Part shown: one piece after another, positions 27,475 through 37,950 of the stretch
Numbering within the stretch: the first letter of the stretch is position 1
Layout: every line of letters begins with the position of its first letter
NCBI GenBank assembly: GCA_043803405.1
Contig: JAZDKB010000020.1
Coordinates: 1 to 64,000 of the forward strand
Length of the DNA stretch: 64,000 bases
Direction of reading: 5' to 3'
Source: Spirochaetota bacterium
GTDB lineage: Bacteria > Spirochaetota > UBA4802 > JAFGDQ01
Notes under the pieces: generated by a model
Databases searched by the model: none
Told to the model about the DNA's origin: nothing
The model's input: only the letters and a program-made list of their open reading frames with translations
Program-made: the position numbers and the translations under genes

Positions 27475-28826
27475 AAAAAATTATTGTTATGATACTTACA
27501 GCAGCTCTTTTGCCGCTCAGTTTATATGCGCAGCAGAAAGCGCAGACAGAGGAGATCAAATCGCAGGCCGAAGTTTACGATCAGGATATGGCCGCATCCT
27601 CGCGCCAGCGCTCATACCTGACCGACGGCGTTCAGTTCGGAGGATGGATAACGACCACATTATACGACCAGTGGAGCAAGGATCAGAAACTTATTGCAGG
27701 CACACTGGACACAAGGATATGGGCGAAATCATATATATGGAAAGACATATTTGTTTACGGCAGAATAAAGGATTCATTCACTCATATAATGAAGAATGAA
27801 GACTCAGGCGATCTTGACAAAAACGACAACCTGCTTGAGCTCGACATGGCCTACGCAGGCGCGTCAACAGCGGACAAAAGCATGACCGTTTCCGCAGGCA
27901 GAAAATTTTACACAGTCGGCACAGGCCTTGTGCTTAACGGACGCGGCGACGGAGCCGAGTTCGGTTACTATTCGCCTGCTGTCAACATAACGGTTCTGAG
28001 CATGTACACAGGACTGCTCTCGGAAGACAGCAACCCGTACGGGCTTAGCTCAAAAGACATTTCCGACGGAGCAAGACGCGCGTTTGCGGGCGGCGTGTTC
28101 TCCAGGACAATGCAGAACCAGACTGTTTACGCGTTCGCGCTCGCACAGCTCGATATGCAGAAAAATGCGAAGGACGATAAAACAAAGTACGATTCACAGT
28201 ACTGGGGTGCAGGATCAAAGGGCTTTGTGGGAGAGAACGTTTCCTATTACGGCGAGCTTGTTTACGAAACAGGCAAATCGTACACAGGCAGCGGCAACAA
28301 GGAAAGCATATCCGCGTATGCGGTCAATGCAGAGGCAGACTATTATTTTAATACAAAATTCAATCCAACAGCAATTTTTCAGTACGCGATGGGTTCAGGA
28401 GACATAGACAGGAACACAAAAGACCCTGACGGCAACGGTTCCGGCAAAGACAGGGGATTCACGTATTTCGGGACATACCTTGGCGGTTACGCGCTAAGGC
28501 CGTATCTCATGAATGTTCACGTATTCAGGGCAGGCGGATCAATATCTCCCACAGCCGAATCGGATAAGCTCCTTTTTAAAAGGATGCATGTCATATTCAA
28601 GTATTCGCTGTATCTGAAAGATAATAAAAATGCTCCATTGTCGGATGGCGGAGCATCCGGGAACAAGAGGCTTGCAGGCCACGGTCTGGACCTCGCTTAT
28701 AAATGGATGCTGTACTCGGATCTCTCTGTGTTCATGAACTGCGCGATGTTCATACCAGGCTCAGCCTATCCTACAGATTCGCCGAACCAGTATTTTGTCT
28801 TCGGAGGATTCAATTTCGCGTTCTAG
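27471..28826 (+). CDS. Outer-membrane beta-barrel, alginate-export-like
   Basis: Signal peptide, LDMAY..SAGRKFYTVGTGLVL..GDG, YAMGSGD, C-terminal FGGFNFAF. Confidence 0.7.
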   Translation: MKKIIVMILTAALLPLSLYAQQKAQTEEIKSQAEVYDQDMAASSRQRSYLTDGVQFGGWITTTLYDQWSKDQKLIAGTLDTRIWAKSYIWKDIFVYGRIKDSFTHIMKNEDSGDLDKNDNLLELDMAYAGASTADKSMTVSAGRKFYTVGTGLVLNGRGDGAEFGYYSPAVNITVLSMYTGLLSEDSNPYGLSSKDISDGARRAFAGGVFSRTMQNQTVYAFALAQLDMQKNAKDDKTKYDSQYWGAGSKGFVGENVSYYGELVYETGKSYTGSGNKESISAYAVNAEADYYFNTKFNPTAIFQYAMGSGDIDRNTKDPDGNGSGKDRGFTYFGTYLGGYALRPYLMNVHVFRAGGSISPTAESDKLLFKRMHVIFKYSLYLKDNKNAPLSDGGASGNKRLAGHGLDLAYKWMLYSDLSVFMNCAMFIPGSAYPTDSPNQYFVFGGFNFAF

Positions 28827-28881
28827 AACTCGATTAACACAATTAAATTGATTGGGAGGATTGAAATTCATAATAAAAAAT

Positions 28882-29059
28882 ATGCCACAGAGACACAAAG
28901 GACTTTTATTCAAATGACTTTCTCATCTTAACTGGCTTATTATTCAATAAAACATAAGTAAATTGGCAAAAAAGTCAGCCAAAATGAATAATATTGTTTT
29001 ATTAAGAAATATATTTATAAATAATTATTAAACTCTGTAAGTTATCATCTCTGTGGCAT
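28882..29059. repeat. REP-like inverted pair ATGCCACAGAGA / TCTCTGTGGCAT
   Basis: Perfect 12-bp inverted repeat around an AT-rich spacer between convergent genes. Confidence 0.5.
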
Positions 29060-29150
29060 TCCTTTAAGACAGCTCCTGTTTACATCAACACTTACTTAAT
29101 GCAAATTATTATTTCGTATAAATGCCAATCGGGCCAATCCTTTAATCCTG

Positions 29151-30383
29151 TTAATCCCGGTTCCATTTCTTAATACGTTCAACAGCCTCTTCCGTGTTCT
29201 CGCGGCTCCCGAACGCAGTCAGCCTCAGGTAGCCTTCGCCGCTGGGGCCGAAACCGGCTCCCGGCGTCCCGACAACATTGAGTTCATTAAGCAACCTGTC
29301 GAAGAATGCCCACGAGTCGCCACCGGGCGCCTTCAGCCAGATGTAGGGAGCATTCACTCCCCCGAACGCCTGTATCCCGACAGCCTTTAATCCTTCCAGG
29401 ATTATTCTGGCATTTGTCATATAATAGCTTATAAGAGCCTGTACCTGCTTTTGTCCCTCGTCCGAGTACACGGCTTCAGCGCCTCTCTGCACAATGTACG
29501 ATACCCCGTTGAACTTGGTTGCCTGGCGCCTGTACCACATCCTGTTGAGATTGTGCGCCTGTCCGGACGCGGTGTAAGCTGCAACCTCGCGCGGGATAAC
29601 GCAGTAAGCGCAGCGTGTGCCAGTAAAGCCCGCTGTTTTTGAAAAGCTGCGGAACTCGATCGCGACCTCGCGCGCACCCTCGATCTCGAAAATGCTGTGC
29701 GGCACATCTTTCGAGCTTATGTACGCTTCGTAGGCAGAATCAAAGAGTATGATTGCTTTCTCGGACTTTGCAAAATCCACCCACTTTTTTAGCTCCGCCT
29801 TCGGGAGCGTCATGCCTGTTGGGTTATTGGGAAAGCAAAGATATATTATGTCGACTTTTGTTTTCGGGAACGCAGGCACAAATTTATTTTCAGCAGTGCA
29901 TGGAAGATATACGACTTTGCTCCACTTGCCGTCTTTGCCAAGTTCCCCTGTCCTGCCCGCCATTACATTGCTGTCAACATATACAGGATAAACCGGATCA
30001 GTTACAGCGATAACATTATCCAGCCCGAACAGTTCCTGAATGTTCGCAGTGTCGCTCTTTGCGCCATCGCTTACGAACACTTCGTCCTTATCTATTTTTA
30101 TTCCGCGTTTTTTGTAATCAGCATCAATGATTCTCTGGATAAGAAAATCATATCCCTCGTATTCCGGGTATCCTTTAAAAGTCGACTCATGCGCCATGTC
30201 ATCAACAGCCTTGTGCATTGCTTCTATCGAAGCCGGCGGAAGCGGCCTTGTAACATCGCCGATCCCAAGCCGTATTATTTTAGTTTCAGGATTCTCGTTC
30301 TTAAAAACATTCACGCGTCTCGCGATCTCAGCAAACAAATAACTGCCTGGCAGTTTTAAATGATTTTCATTAATGCGCGCCAT
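29151..30383 (-). CDS. dapL: LL-diaminopimelate aminotransferase
   Basis: [49 protein letters not shown]. Confidence 0.95.
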   Translation of the reverse strand: MARINENHLKLPGSYLFAEIARRVNVFKNENPETKIIRLGIGDVTRPLPPASIEAMHKAVDDMAHESTFKGYPEYEGYDFLIQRIIDADYKKRGIKIDKDEVFVSDGAKSDTANIQELFGLDNVIAVTDPVYPVYVDSNVMAGRTGELGKDGKWSKVVYLPCTAENKFVPAFPKTKVDIIYLCFPNNPTGMTLPKAELKKWVDFAKSEKAIILFDSAYEAYISSKDVPHSIFEIEGAREVAIEFRSFSKTAGFTGTRCAYCVIPREVAAYTASGQAHNLNRMWYRRQATKFNGVSYIVQRGAEAVYSDEGQKQVQALISYYMTNARIILEGLKAVGIQAFGGVNAPYIWLKAPGGDSWAFFDRLLNELNVVGTPGAGFGPSGEGYLRLTAFGSRENTEEAVERIKKWNRD

Positions 30384-30494
30384 TAAAATCTCCTGATCAT
30401 TATTAACATAATGGTAATCTATATTTTAAAAAACAATTTTTCTTTCAAGTGGAATTTTATAATTTTTATTATGATTCTTAAGCAGAGTATATTT

Positions 30495-31403
30495 TTACTG
30501 TCTCTCATTGATTTTCTCTCTCTCGGCAATCCATTTTGCAGCTTTAGTATAAGCGTTTTGCGCATAAGACTGCAACTGCATCAATTGCTGAAAAGCCAGC
30601 CCCTGAACCTGGTTAAGCATTGTTTTGCTCTGCTCGTCATCAACGCCATCGCCGAATTGAACATCGCTCATCAGCTGGTCCAGTTCCGTAATAAGGCCTT
30701 TAATTCTATCAGCATGTCCTTTCAGTATCGTGCGCAATTCTCCCAGTTCTTTTGCAGTCAGTGCGATCTGTTTGTCTGCACCAGCAAGCTTTTTGGACTT
30801 AACGCATTTTTCGTCAGGTGCGGAAGATTCTCCGGTTGATATAACCGGGCATGTTTTAACAGCAGCATCAGTATCTGCGTTTATTTTATCATGTTCCGGA
30901 CTAAACCGCATTTCAAGGGACATAAGCTTTGTACTTAGCGGATCATTGGAAAAGAGTTCTGCAAACTTATTGTTCAATTCTATGCACTTGGCCCATGCAA
31001 CTGTATTCTTCGGAGCAGTATTTGTATTCATTTGAGATTGCATTTTCATGGCAAAATCTATCTTCTCCTGCTGCGTCATTTTCCTCATCTGCTCTTTTGA
31101 AGGCATGTTTTTCGGAGCTTCCCCTTTCATCATAGGTCCCATGCTGTACGGGACAGCATTCTCTTTAATGAATGCTTCCAGCTGATCGCTTATCTTTTTA
31201 ATCGCTGTATTTACTTTTAATTCTCCATTGCCTTCTTTAATGCATTTGGAATATGCTTCCCGGGCTGTTGCAGGAACTACAGTTAAGTTTCCGAGCAGTT
31301 TCGAATGACTTGTTTTCACTATAGTAGCATTCGCTCCCGTGGTGCTGAATAAAATGATAATTGCGATTACGCATAAACTAGTTATGTTTAATTTTTTACA
31401 CAT
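30495..31403 (-). CDS. Exported alpha-helical hypothetical protein
   Basis: Signal peptide ending GANA; helical, Gln/Met-rich; start uncertain (31403 has an AAAGGA RBS). Confidence 0.65.
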   Translation of the reverse strand: MCKKLNITSLCVIAIIILFSTTGANATIVKTSHSKLLGNLTVVPATAREAYSKCIKEGNGELKVNTAIKKISDQLEAFIKENAVPYSMGPMMKGEAPKNMPSKEQMRKMTQQEKIDFAMKMQSQMNTNTAPKNTVAWAKCIELNNKFAELFSNDPLSTKLMSLEMRFSPEHDKINADTDAAVKTCPVISTGESSAPDEKCVKSKKLAGADKQIALTAKELGELRTILKGHADRIKGLITELDQLMSDVQFGDGVDDEQSKTMLNQVQGLAFQQLMQLQSYAQNAYTKAAKWIAEREKINERQ

Positions 31404-31669
31404 AGGTTTTATCCTTTCTTTCATAATAGATTCTCCAATAATTAATTTTGAAATAGTGTACTCCAAGCTTCATAATTTATCAAATTTATTTATTTTTTTA
31501 TGAACAACCGATATCGTATCTTTGGTTTCCATGCTGCGGTTTTATCAAGAAGTTTTTCTGCTGCTTTACAAAATTTTTTCATATCATTTAATTAATTATT
31601 GCTATTCCAAATTTCAAATAAAATAAAATTCAGATTGAATAATTAATTATTATCATTAATAAAAAACAA

Positions 31670-32803
31670 ATGCAAACAATTGATATTATAATACAAAAGC
31701 CGGCTTATGGCGGTTATGGGCTAGGTTTTCATAACGGGAAAGCCTGCTTTGTGCAATATGCGGTTCCAGGCGACGAAATGACTGTTGAGTTAATTAAAGA
31801 GAAGAAAGATTACTCCTTCGGCAGAATAATAAAGATCAGCAAAAGATCGGAACAAAGGATTGAAGCCGAATGCCCGAACTTCGGGATATGCGGCGGATGC
31901 GATTACCTGAACATTAATTATGATACTGAACTACGGTTTAAAAAAGAAATACTTATCGAGACCTTAAAAAGAAGCCGCATCGACGAGAAAGATATTCCTA
32001 AAGTCGCAGATATTAACGCAAACCGCTTTCATTACAGAAGCCATGCATCGATAAAATTTTCCAAAAGCGCTTTCGGATTTTTTGAGAAAGAGTCTAACGA
32101 GATAGCCGGGTTCCCGGAAGCAGGATGCCTGCTTCTCGCAGAAGAACTTCTGCAAAAACTCGATACGCTACCGAAATCCGGTACTGAGATTAAGATCGCA
32201 TGGTCCGGCAAATCGGGCTGCGTATCATCATTTAATAAGAACAGAAAGATAATCGAAAACGAATGCGGGATAAACTATGAACGCGATGTCGCGCTTTTCT
32301 TCCAGGCGAACAGATTCCTGCGTAAACGAATGCTGGAAACTACAGCTGAGTATGCCGCGCTCGATACTAATAGAAGCTTTATCGATATAGGATGCGGCGT
32401 GGGCTTCTTCACGCTGCATCTTGCAAAGAGCGCGCAAAAAGCATTCGGGATCGATATTAGCAAAGAGAGTATATCGTGGGCAAAGCGCAACGTAAAGCTG
32501 AACGGGATCACGAACGCGCAATTCAGGACTATGACTGCTTCGCAAATCAGTTCGGTTAAAGAATGCTTTGAAGCAGTAATCGCGGATCCTCCGCGTGCGG
32601 GACTTTCGGCAAAGGCACGCGAAGCAGTAAAAGCGAAGTCCCCCGGGCGTATTGTATATGTCTCGTGTGATCCGGCTACCTTTGCCCGCGATGCGTGCGA
32701 TTTTACCGGCAGCGGATACAGGCTGGAACGCTTAACCATGATTGACATGTTTCCGGGTACTCATCATATTGAAACAATATCGCTTTTCAGACGATCTGTT
32801 TGA
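31670..32803 (+). CDS. rlmD: 23S rRNA (uracil-5)-methyltransferase, RlmD/TrmA family
   Basis: TRAM domain, CPNFGICGGC, FFQAN, DPPRAG, YVSCDPATFARD, DMFPGTHHIE. Confidence 0.88.
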   Translation: MQTIDIIIQKPAYGGYGLGFHNGKACFVQYAVPGDEMTVELIKEKKDYSFGRIIKISKRSEQRIEAECPNFGICGGCDYLNINYDTELRFKKEILIETLKRSRIDEKDIPKVADINANRFHYRSHASIKFSKSAFGFFEKESNEIAGFPEAGCLLLAEELLQKLDTLPKSGTEIKIAWSGKSGCVSSFNKNRKIIENECGINYERDVALFFQANRFLRKRMLETTAEYAALDTNRSFIDIGCGVGFFTLHLAKSAQKAFGIDISKESISWAKRNVKLNGITNAQFRTMTASQISSVKECFEAVIADPPRAGLSAKAREAVKAKSPGRIVYVSCDPATFARDACDFTGSGYRLERLTMIDMFPGTHHIETISLFRRSV

Positions 32804-32832
32804 TTCATTTGCTAAGTTAAAGTACTTCCCAT

Positions 32833-32848
32833 AACCTATATATTGCTC
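32833..32848. promoter_or_regulatory. Candidate NrdR box
   Basis: AACCTATATATTGCTC resembles acaCwAtATaTwGtgt, upstream of nrdJ; only one box seen. Confidence 0.35.
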
Positions 32849-32858
32849 TATTGTTTAT

Positions 32859-32960
32859 CGAGACAATAATAATCGATTTTCAGGCAACAGGATGTTGCCA
32901 TACGCCGCTTCTTACAGGAAGTAAGCATTAGCGGCGAGAAAATCGATTATTATTGTCTCG
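32859..32960. repeat. ~102-bp structured repeat, copy 2: 23-bp perfect TIR enclosing CAGGATG and CAGGAAG hairpins
   Basis: CGAGACAATAATAATCGATTTTC at 32859-32881 and its reverse complement at 32938-32960; homologous to 12313-12422. Confidence 0.85.
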
Positions 32961-33160
32961 GATATCGATGGACCAATAGGTTTTAGGACATACATTAAAT
33001 AATTTATTCCATAACAATACAATTTTGCTTGAAAACATTAATTATTTTATAAATAATGATTGTCAGCAATAAGACGAATGTTATAATTCGCGTCTGCGAT
33101 TTTTCTGGTTTTTTAAACTGCGCACATAATAACAATTATTAGATTTTCTATAGAGGCATT

Positions 33161-35503
33161 ATGCTGGATAAAGCAAGAGACATAAAATGGACTGATATAA
33201 AAATATCTTCAAAGATAAAGCCTGATCTTTCAAAAAATTCCGGAATAGTTCTTGAACGCCGGTATCTTGCAAAGGACGACAAAGGGCAGGTCATCGAAAC
33301 AGCGGAAGATCTTTTTAAAAGAGTGGCAGGATTCATAGCATCCGCGGATTTATTGTACGGGAGAACGCCGGCAGAAGTTTCCGGTATAGCATCAGAATTT
33401 TACGAGCTTATGGCAAACCTGAGTTTTATGCCTAACAGCCCTACCCTAATGAATGCGGGACGCGAGCTTGGCCAGCTTTCCGCATGTTTTGTTCTACCTG
33501 TAGAAGACTCCATGTCAGCGATCTTCGATTCGCTGAAGCAGATGGCGCTCATCCACAAGAGCGGCGGAGGCACAGGTTTTTCATTTTCCAGGCTGCGCCC
33601 TAAAAACGATTTTGTACATTCTACAGCAGGAATATCGAGCGGGCCCATTTCGTTCATGAACATATTCAACGCAGCTACCGAAACAGTCAAGCAGGGGGGC
33701 ACAAGGCGCGGAGCTAATATGGCGATTCTGAACATCGATCATCCGGATATCATTGATTTTATTAAAGCAAAAGAAGATAATCACATACTCACTAATTTTA
33801 ATATCTCTGTTGCCATTACGGATGAATTCATGAAAGCCGTTGATGAAGATGCTGTCTTTGCATTAAAGAATCCAAGAACAGGGGAAAAGGTCAGTGAAAT
33901 AAACGCGCGCGAAGTATTCAATCTGATCGTAGAGAAAGCATGGTCAAACGGCGAGCCGGGCATAATATTTATAGACAGAATAAACGATACAAGCCCTCTT
34001 AAAAAAATAGGCAGAATAGAAAGCACAAATCCTTGCGGAGAGCAGCCGCTTCTCCCGTACGAATCATGCAATCTCGGCTCCATCAATTTAAATAAGGTTA
34101 TCGCGAAATCGAACGGCTCGCGTACAATTGACTGGGATGAACTTCGCAGAATAACAAAGCTTTCAGTGCATTTTCTCGATAACGTAATAGATCTCAATAA
34201 TTATCCTCTGGACAAAATCAGCGACATGACAAAAGCCAACAGAAAGATAGGTCTGGGAGTAATGGGCTTTGCCGATGTACTGATACGACTGGGAATTCCT
34301 TACGACTCCGATGAAGCAATTGACATAGCGGAAAAAATAATGCAGACTATTCAGGATGAATCCAAAGCAGCTTCGGCAGACCTTGCCAAGGAGAGAGGCG
34401 CTTTCCCGAACTTCGCGAAAAGCTCTTACGCCGAAGAAGGCAGCGTACCGCTCCGTAACGCGACTACAACTACAATCGCACCAACAGGCACCATAAGCAT
34501 TATTGCCAACTCTTCAAGCGGAGTAGAGCCTGTGTTCGCGCTAGCATACGAAAGAAACGTAATGGACAATGACATACTGGTTGAGGTTAACCCGCTGTTC
34601 GAAGAAATCGCGAAAGAAAATAAATTCTACTCTGATGAGATTATGCACAGAGTTGCCGAACATGGCTCTGCTAAAGATATTGAAGAAATACCGGAACAAT
34701 TCAGAAGAATATTCGTGACAGCCCACGATATTTCTCCAGAATGGCATATAAAAATTCAGGCTGCATTTCAGAAATTTACGGATAACGCAGTTTCCAAGAC
34801 AGTCAACTTTGCAAACACTGCAACAAAGGATGATATCGAAAAAGTTTACAGGCTTGCCTACAAGCTTGACTGCAAAGGAGTAACTGTGTACAGGGACGGA
34901 TCAAGGGAAATGCAGGTGCTCTCCAGAAAGTCCGGCAAAGAAAAAGCAAATGCAAATATCGCACCAACTGAAGAAAGACAAGACCAGATGGCTCCGCGTC
35001 CGCGCAATGAAGTGATACACGGCTCGACCAGAAAAATGACAACCGGCTGCGGATCGCTGTATGTTACAATAAACGAAGACGAGAGCGGCCTATTCGAAGT
35101 GTTCGCGACAATGGGCAAAGGTGGCGGCTGCGCGGCAAGTCAGACAGAAGCAGTAAGCCGGATGATATCGCTGGCGCTAAGAAGCGGCATAGATAAAGCG
35201 CAGATCGTTAAACAGCTTAAGGGTGTACGATGCCCTAACCAGGCATGGGAGAAAGGCGGGCGGGTTTACTCATGCGCGGACGCAATCGCAAAAGCCATAG
35301 AAAGGCACTCGGGCATTGATCCGCGCGCAGTTAAGTACAGCGTTGAAAGCGACGCGGTTGAACTGGCGAAAAACACTGCAGAGACCAACGGCAAGGGCAG
35401 CGACGTTGTTATGGTCGGAGTATGCCCGGACTGCCATGGCCCGCTGGAATTCGAGAGCGGATGCAGCGTTTGCAGGTCGTGCGGGTTCTCAAGGTGTGGG
35501 TGA
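33161..35503 (+). CDS. nrdJ: Adenosylcobalamin-dependent (class II) ribonucleotide reductase with C-terminal TSCPD/zinc-ribbon region
   Basis: FMPNSPTLMNAG, LSACFV, TNPCGEQ, TIAPTGTIS, SCADAIA, CPDC..CSVCRSCGFSRC. Confidence 0.95.
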   Translation: MLDKARDIKWTDIKISSKIKPDLSKNSGIVLERRYLAKDDKGQVIETAEDLFKRVAGFIASADLLYGRTPAEVSGIASEFYELMANLSFMPNSPTLMNAGRELGQLSACFVLPVEDSMSAIFDSLKQMALIHKSGGGTGFSFSRLRPKNDFVHSTAGISSGPISFMNIFNAATETVKQGGTRRGANMAILNIDHPDIIDFIKAKEDNHILTNFNISVAITDEFMKAVDEDAVFALKNPRTGEKVSEINAREVFNLIVEKAWSNGEPGIIFIDRINDTSPLKKIGRIESTNPCGEQPLLPYESCNLGSINLNKVIAKSNGSRTIDWDELRRITKLSVHFLDNVIDLNNYPLDKISDMTKANRKIGLGVMGFADVLIRLGIPYDSDEAIDIAEKIMQTIQDESKAASADLAKERGAFPNFAKSSYAEEGSVPLRNATTTTIAPTGTISIIANSSSGVEPVFALAYERNVMDNDILVEVNPLFEEIAKENKFYSDEIMHRVAEHGSAKDIEEIPEQFRRIFVTAHDISPEWHIKIQAAFQKFTDNAVSKTVNFANTATKDDIEKVYRLAYKLDCKGVTVYRDGSREMQVLSRKSGKEKANANIAPTEERQDQMAPRPRNEVIHGSTRKMTTGCGSLYVTINEDESGLFEVFATMGKGGGCAASQTEAVSRMISLALRSGIDKAQIVKQLKGVRCPNQAWEKGGRVYSCADAIAKAIERHSGIDPRAVKYSVESDAVELAKNTAETNGKGSDVVMVGVCPDCHGPLEFESGCSVCRSCGFSRCG

Positions 35504-35618
35504 TGAAGTAACCGCGCGCCGTCAACTCTTGTTTTTTCCATAATACAAAATGGTATCCCGATCATAATAAAAGACCCTGCTTATTTTTTGTAAGCGTCAA
35601 ATAAAGCGCAGTATCTTT

Positions 35619-37232
35619 CTATGGCAAAAATATATTTTCAGGAGACAAGTGACTAGGCACAAGCTTGCGAATATCCTCGCGGGATTTTGCTTTCGGTAAA
35701 TTGTTAAACAGAAATCTGAGATAATTATACGGCTCAAGACCATTAGCCTTCGCGGATTCAATCAGACTGTAAATAACAGCACTTGCATTCGCACCACGAG
35801 GAGTATTGGAAAACAGCCAGTTTTTTCTTCCTATGACAAAAGGTCTTATGACGTTCTCAACCATATTGTTATCCGGAGTCATCAAATGATGAAGAAGATA
35901 TTTTGTAAGCTTGTCCCATTCGGATATGGCGTACTTTATTGCTTTTCCTGTCTTGCTTTCAGGCAGAACTATTTCGTTTTGAGACAATAGCCAGTTTTTG
36001 AATTCTTCAAGTATGGGCAATACCGCGTCTTTACGTTTCCGGATAAATTCATCATTCTCCAATTTTCTTTCTCTGAGATCGCTTTCTATGCTGTATATCT
36101 TCTGAATATATGAAAGCCCTTTATGCGCGGCTTTCGACTTTTTATTCTGCTTCATCGCTTCATAAAAATATCTTCTGGCATGAGCAAAACATCCGGCATG
36201 AACAATACCTTCAATCGCTCCAGCGTTGTTATATCCCGCATAACCGTCTGTCTGAAGATATCCTTTATAACCTTTCAGAAATTCTTTCGGCACTATCTCT
36301 GACCTGGTCGGATGATAATTGTAGAGTATCAATGGCTTGCTTTTTTCTCCGGTTGGATATCCGACTGATACCCACATATAGGATTTACTTTCAGCCTTTC
36401 TTTCAGGCTCCTTTAAAACCTGAACTGTTGTTTCATCCATCTGGATAAGAGGCCCGGAGCGTATCTCTTCTGCCATTATACTTATCAGTTCTTTACATCT
36501 ATCTGCCGTAAGTATCGCCCAGTTGCACATTGTAGCACGGGAAATATCCGCATTAATGCGCTCGAACATCTTCGATTGCCTGTAAAACGGCAGGCTGTCT
36601 ACATATTTCGATGTAAGAACATAAGCAAGTAGCCCGGGGCTCGCTATGCTTCCTGGTATCATTCTTTCAGGCATTAAAGCTATCTTTACTTCAGGTATTC
36701 CTTTATGTAAAAACTCATCGCATTCGCATGGGCCGTATTTTATTCTTATGTGTTTTATTACTTTAATTTTTGCGGGTATTATATCAAGTTCTTCCGTCTC
36801 TTCCTTGCTTATTACCGGCCTTTCCTTTTGGCAGCATGGACATTGTTTTTCTTCTTCAGACAGATCATAAACTACTTCTTCTCTTGGCAGATCCGGGGAT
36901 AAAGGTTTCCTTCCCGGTCTCTTCCGCGTATAGCTTTTTACTGTTGAAAGATTTTCTTCGTGGATCACTTCATAATTTTGATCTGTCTCTTCGGCTCCGG
37001 CTTCCGCTTCATTAAAAAGCCTCATTTGTTCTCTGTCGTCAGGAGTTAGTTTTTCGCTTCTTTTCCCGAAGTATAGTCTTCTTAAGGTGTTGAACTGTTC
37101 GTATATTGTGAGATATTTCCTGCGTTCTTCTTTTAACTCTTCTTCGTATTCTTTATTTTTTAAAGCCAGGTCAAATATTATCTGCTTTAATTTCTTCGGG
37201 TCATTCGGAAGTTTATTTTTATCCATATTCAT
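35619..37232 (-). CDS. tnpC: IS66 transposase TnpC
   Basis: YFGKRSEK, CPCC zinc finger, LPFYRQ, QMDETT, LQTDGYAGY, CFAHARR, DNNMVENVIRP..GRKNWLF. Confidence 0.95.
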   Translation of the reverse strand: MNMDKNKLPNDPKKLKQIIFDLALKNKEYEEELKEERRKYLTIYEQFNTLRRLYFGKRSEKLTPDDREQMRLFNEAEAGAEETDQNYEVIHEENLSTVKSYTRKRPGRKPLSPDLPREEVVYDLSEEEKQCPCCQKERPVISKEETEELDIIPAKIKVIKHIRIKYGPCECDEFLHKGIPEVKIALMPERMIPGSIASPGLLAYVLTSKYVDSLPFYRQSKMFERINADISRATMCNWAILTADRCKELISIMAEEIRSGPLIQMDETTVQVLKEPERKAESKSYMWVSVGYPTGEKSKPLILYNYHPTRSEIVPKEFLKGYKGYLQTDGYAGYNNAGAIEGIVHAGCFAHARRYFYEAMKQNKKSKAAHKGLSYIQKIYSIESDLRERKLENDEFIRKRKDAVLPILEEFKNWLLSQNEIVLPESKTGKAIKYAISEWDKLTKYLLHHLMTPDNNMVENVIRPFVIGRKNWLFSNTPRGANASAVIYSLIESAKANGLEPYNYLRFLFNNLPKAKSREDIRKLVPSHLSPENIFLP

Positions 37233-37275
37233 GTATGGACAATTAATATATACCTATAAAAATTAATAGTATTTT

Positions 37276-37623
37276 TTATGAAACTCGTGAAAATTTTAAT
37301 TTTTTATGCGCGTTGAAAAAATCTATCCCGTCAAGGAGCATGAAGAGTTCTTCTTTCTTTATTTCAAGCACTTCATCTCTTGTCTTTGGCCATGGAAAGC
37401 GATCCTGCTCAAGGCGTTTCTGCCACATGCAAAACCCGTTTCTATCCCAGTAGATTACCTTAAGCCTTCTTCTGCTTTTGTTGCAGAACATGTACAGGTT
37501 GCCGCTCATCGGATTATCTTTCAGTTCTTCTTCAACGAATATTGAAAGGCCGTTTATCTGTTTACGCATATCGGTGCTTCCCGGTTGTATTAATATTCTC
37601 GCCTGGTTCCAGTTTATGTTCAT
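37276..37623 (-). CDS. tnpB: IS66 accessory protein TnpB
   Basis: TDMRKQINGL..FCNKSRRRLKVIYWDRNGFCMWQKRLEQDRFPWP. Confidence 0.95.
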   Translation of the reverse strand: MNINWNQARILIQPGSTDMRKQINGLSIFVEEELKDNPMSGNLYMFCNKSRRRLKVIYWDRNGFCMWQKRLEQDRFPWPKTRDEVLEIKKEELFMLLDGIDFFNAHKKLKFSRVS

Positions 37624-37950
37624 ATACTGACTCCCAGCATGTTCAGAATACTCTTGAGTGTGTCTTCTGAAAATCTTTCCGGTATGGATATTCTTAATCT
37701 GTCATTCAGTATGAGTTCTATTTCTTTATCTCTTGAGGTAAGGCTCTGCACTATATTTGCTGGGATTTGCTGGGATTTCCTGTAGCTTACTACTTTTGGG
37801 TTTTATCTGCTTTTTCCAGTGGTTAAACGACCAGTACGATATTTCTTGCTGTCTGCAATATTTTTTCTGGCTGACTCTGCTCTTTCGATGCTTTTCTATA
37901 TGGGACTTCCAGTATTTTACATTCTCTTCTGTTGTTCTTGTTTTTTTCAT
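37620..37950 (-). pseudogene. tnpA: IS66 accessory TnpA, frameshifted
   Basis: YWKSHIEK..SQKKYCRQQEISYWSFNHWKK HTH; 10-bp tandem duplication at 37755-37774; removing one unit restores a 106-aa ORF ending in an ATGA overlap with tnpB. Confidence 0.85.
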
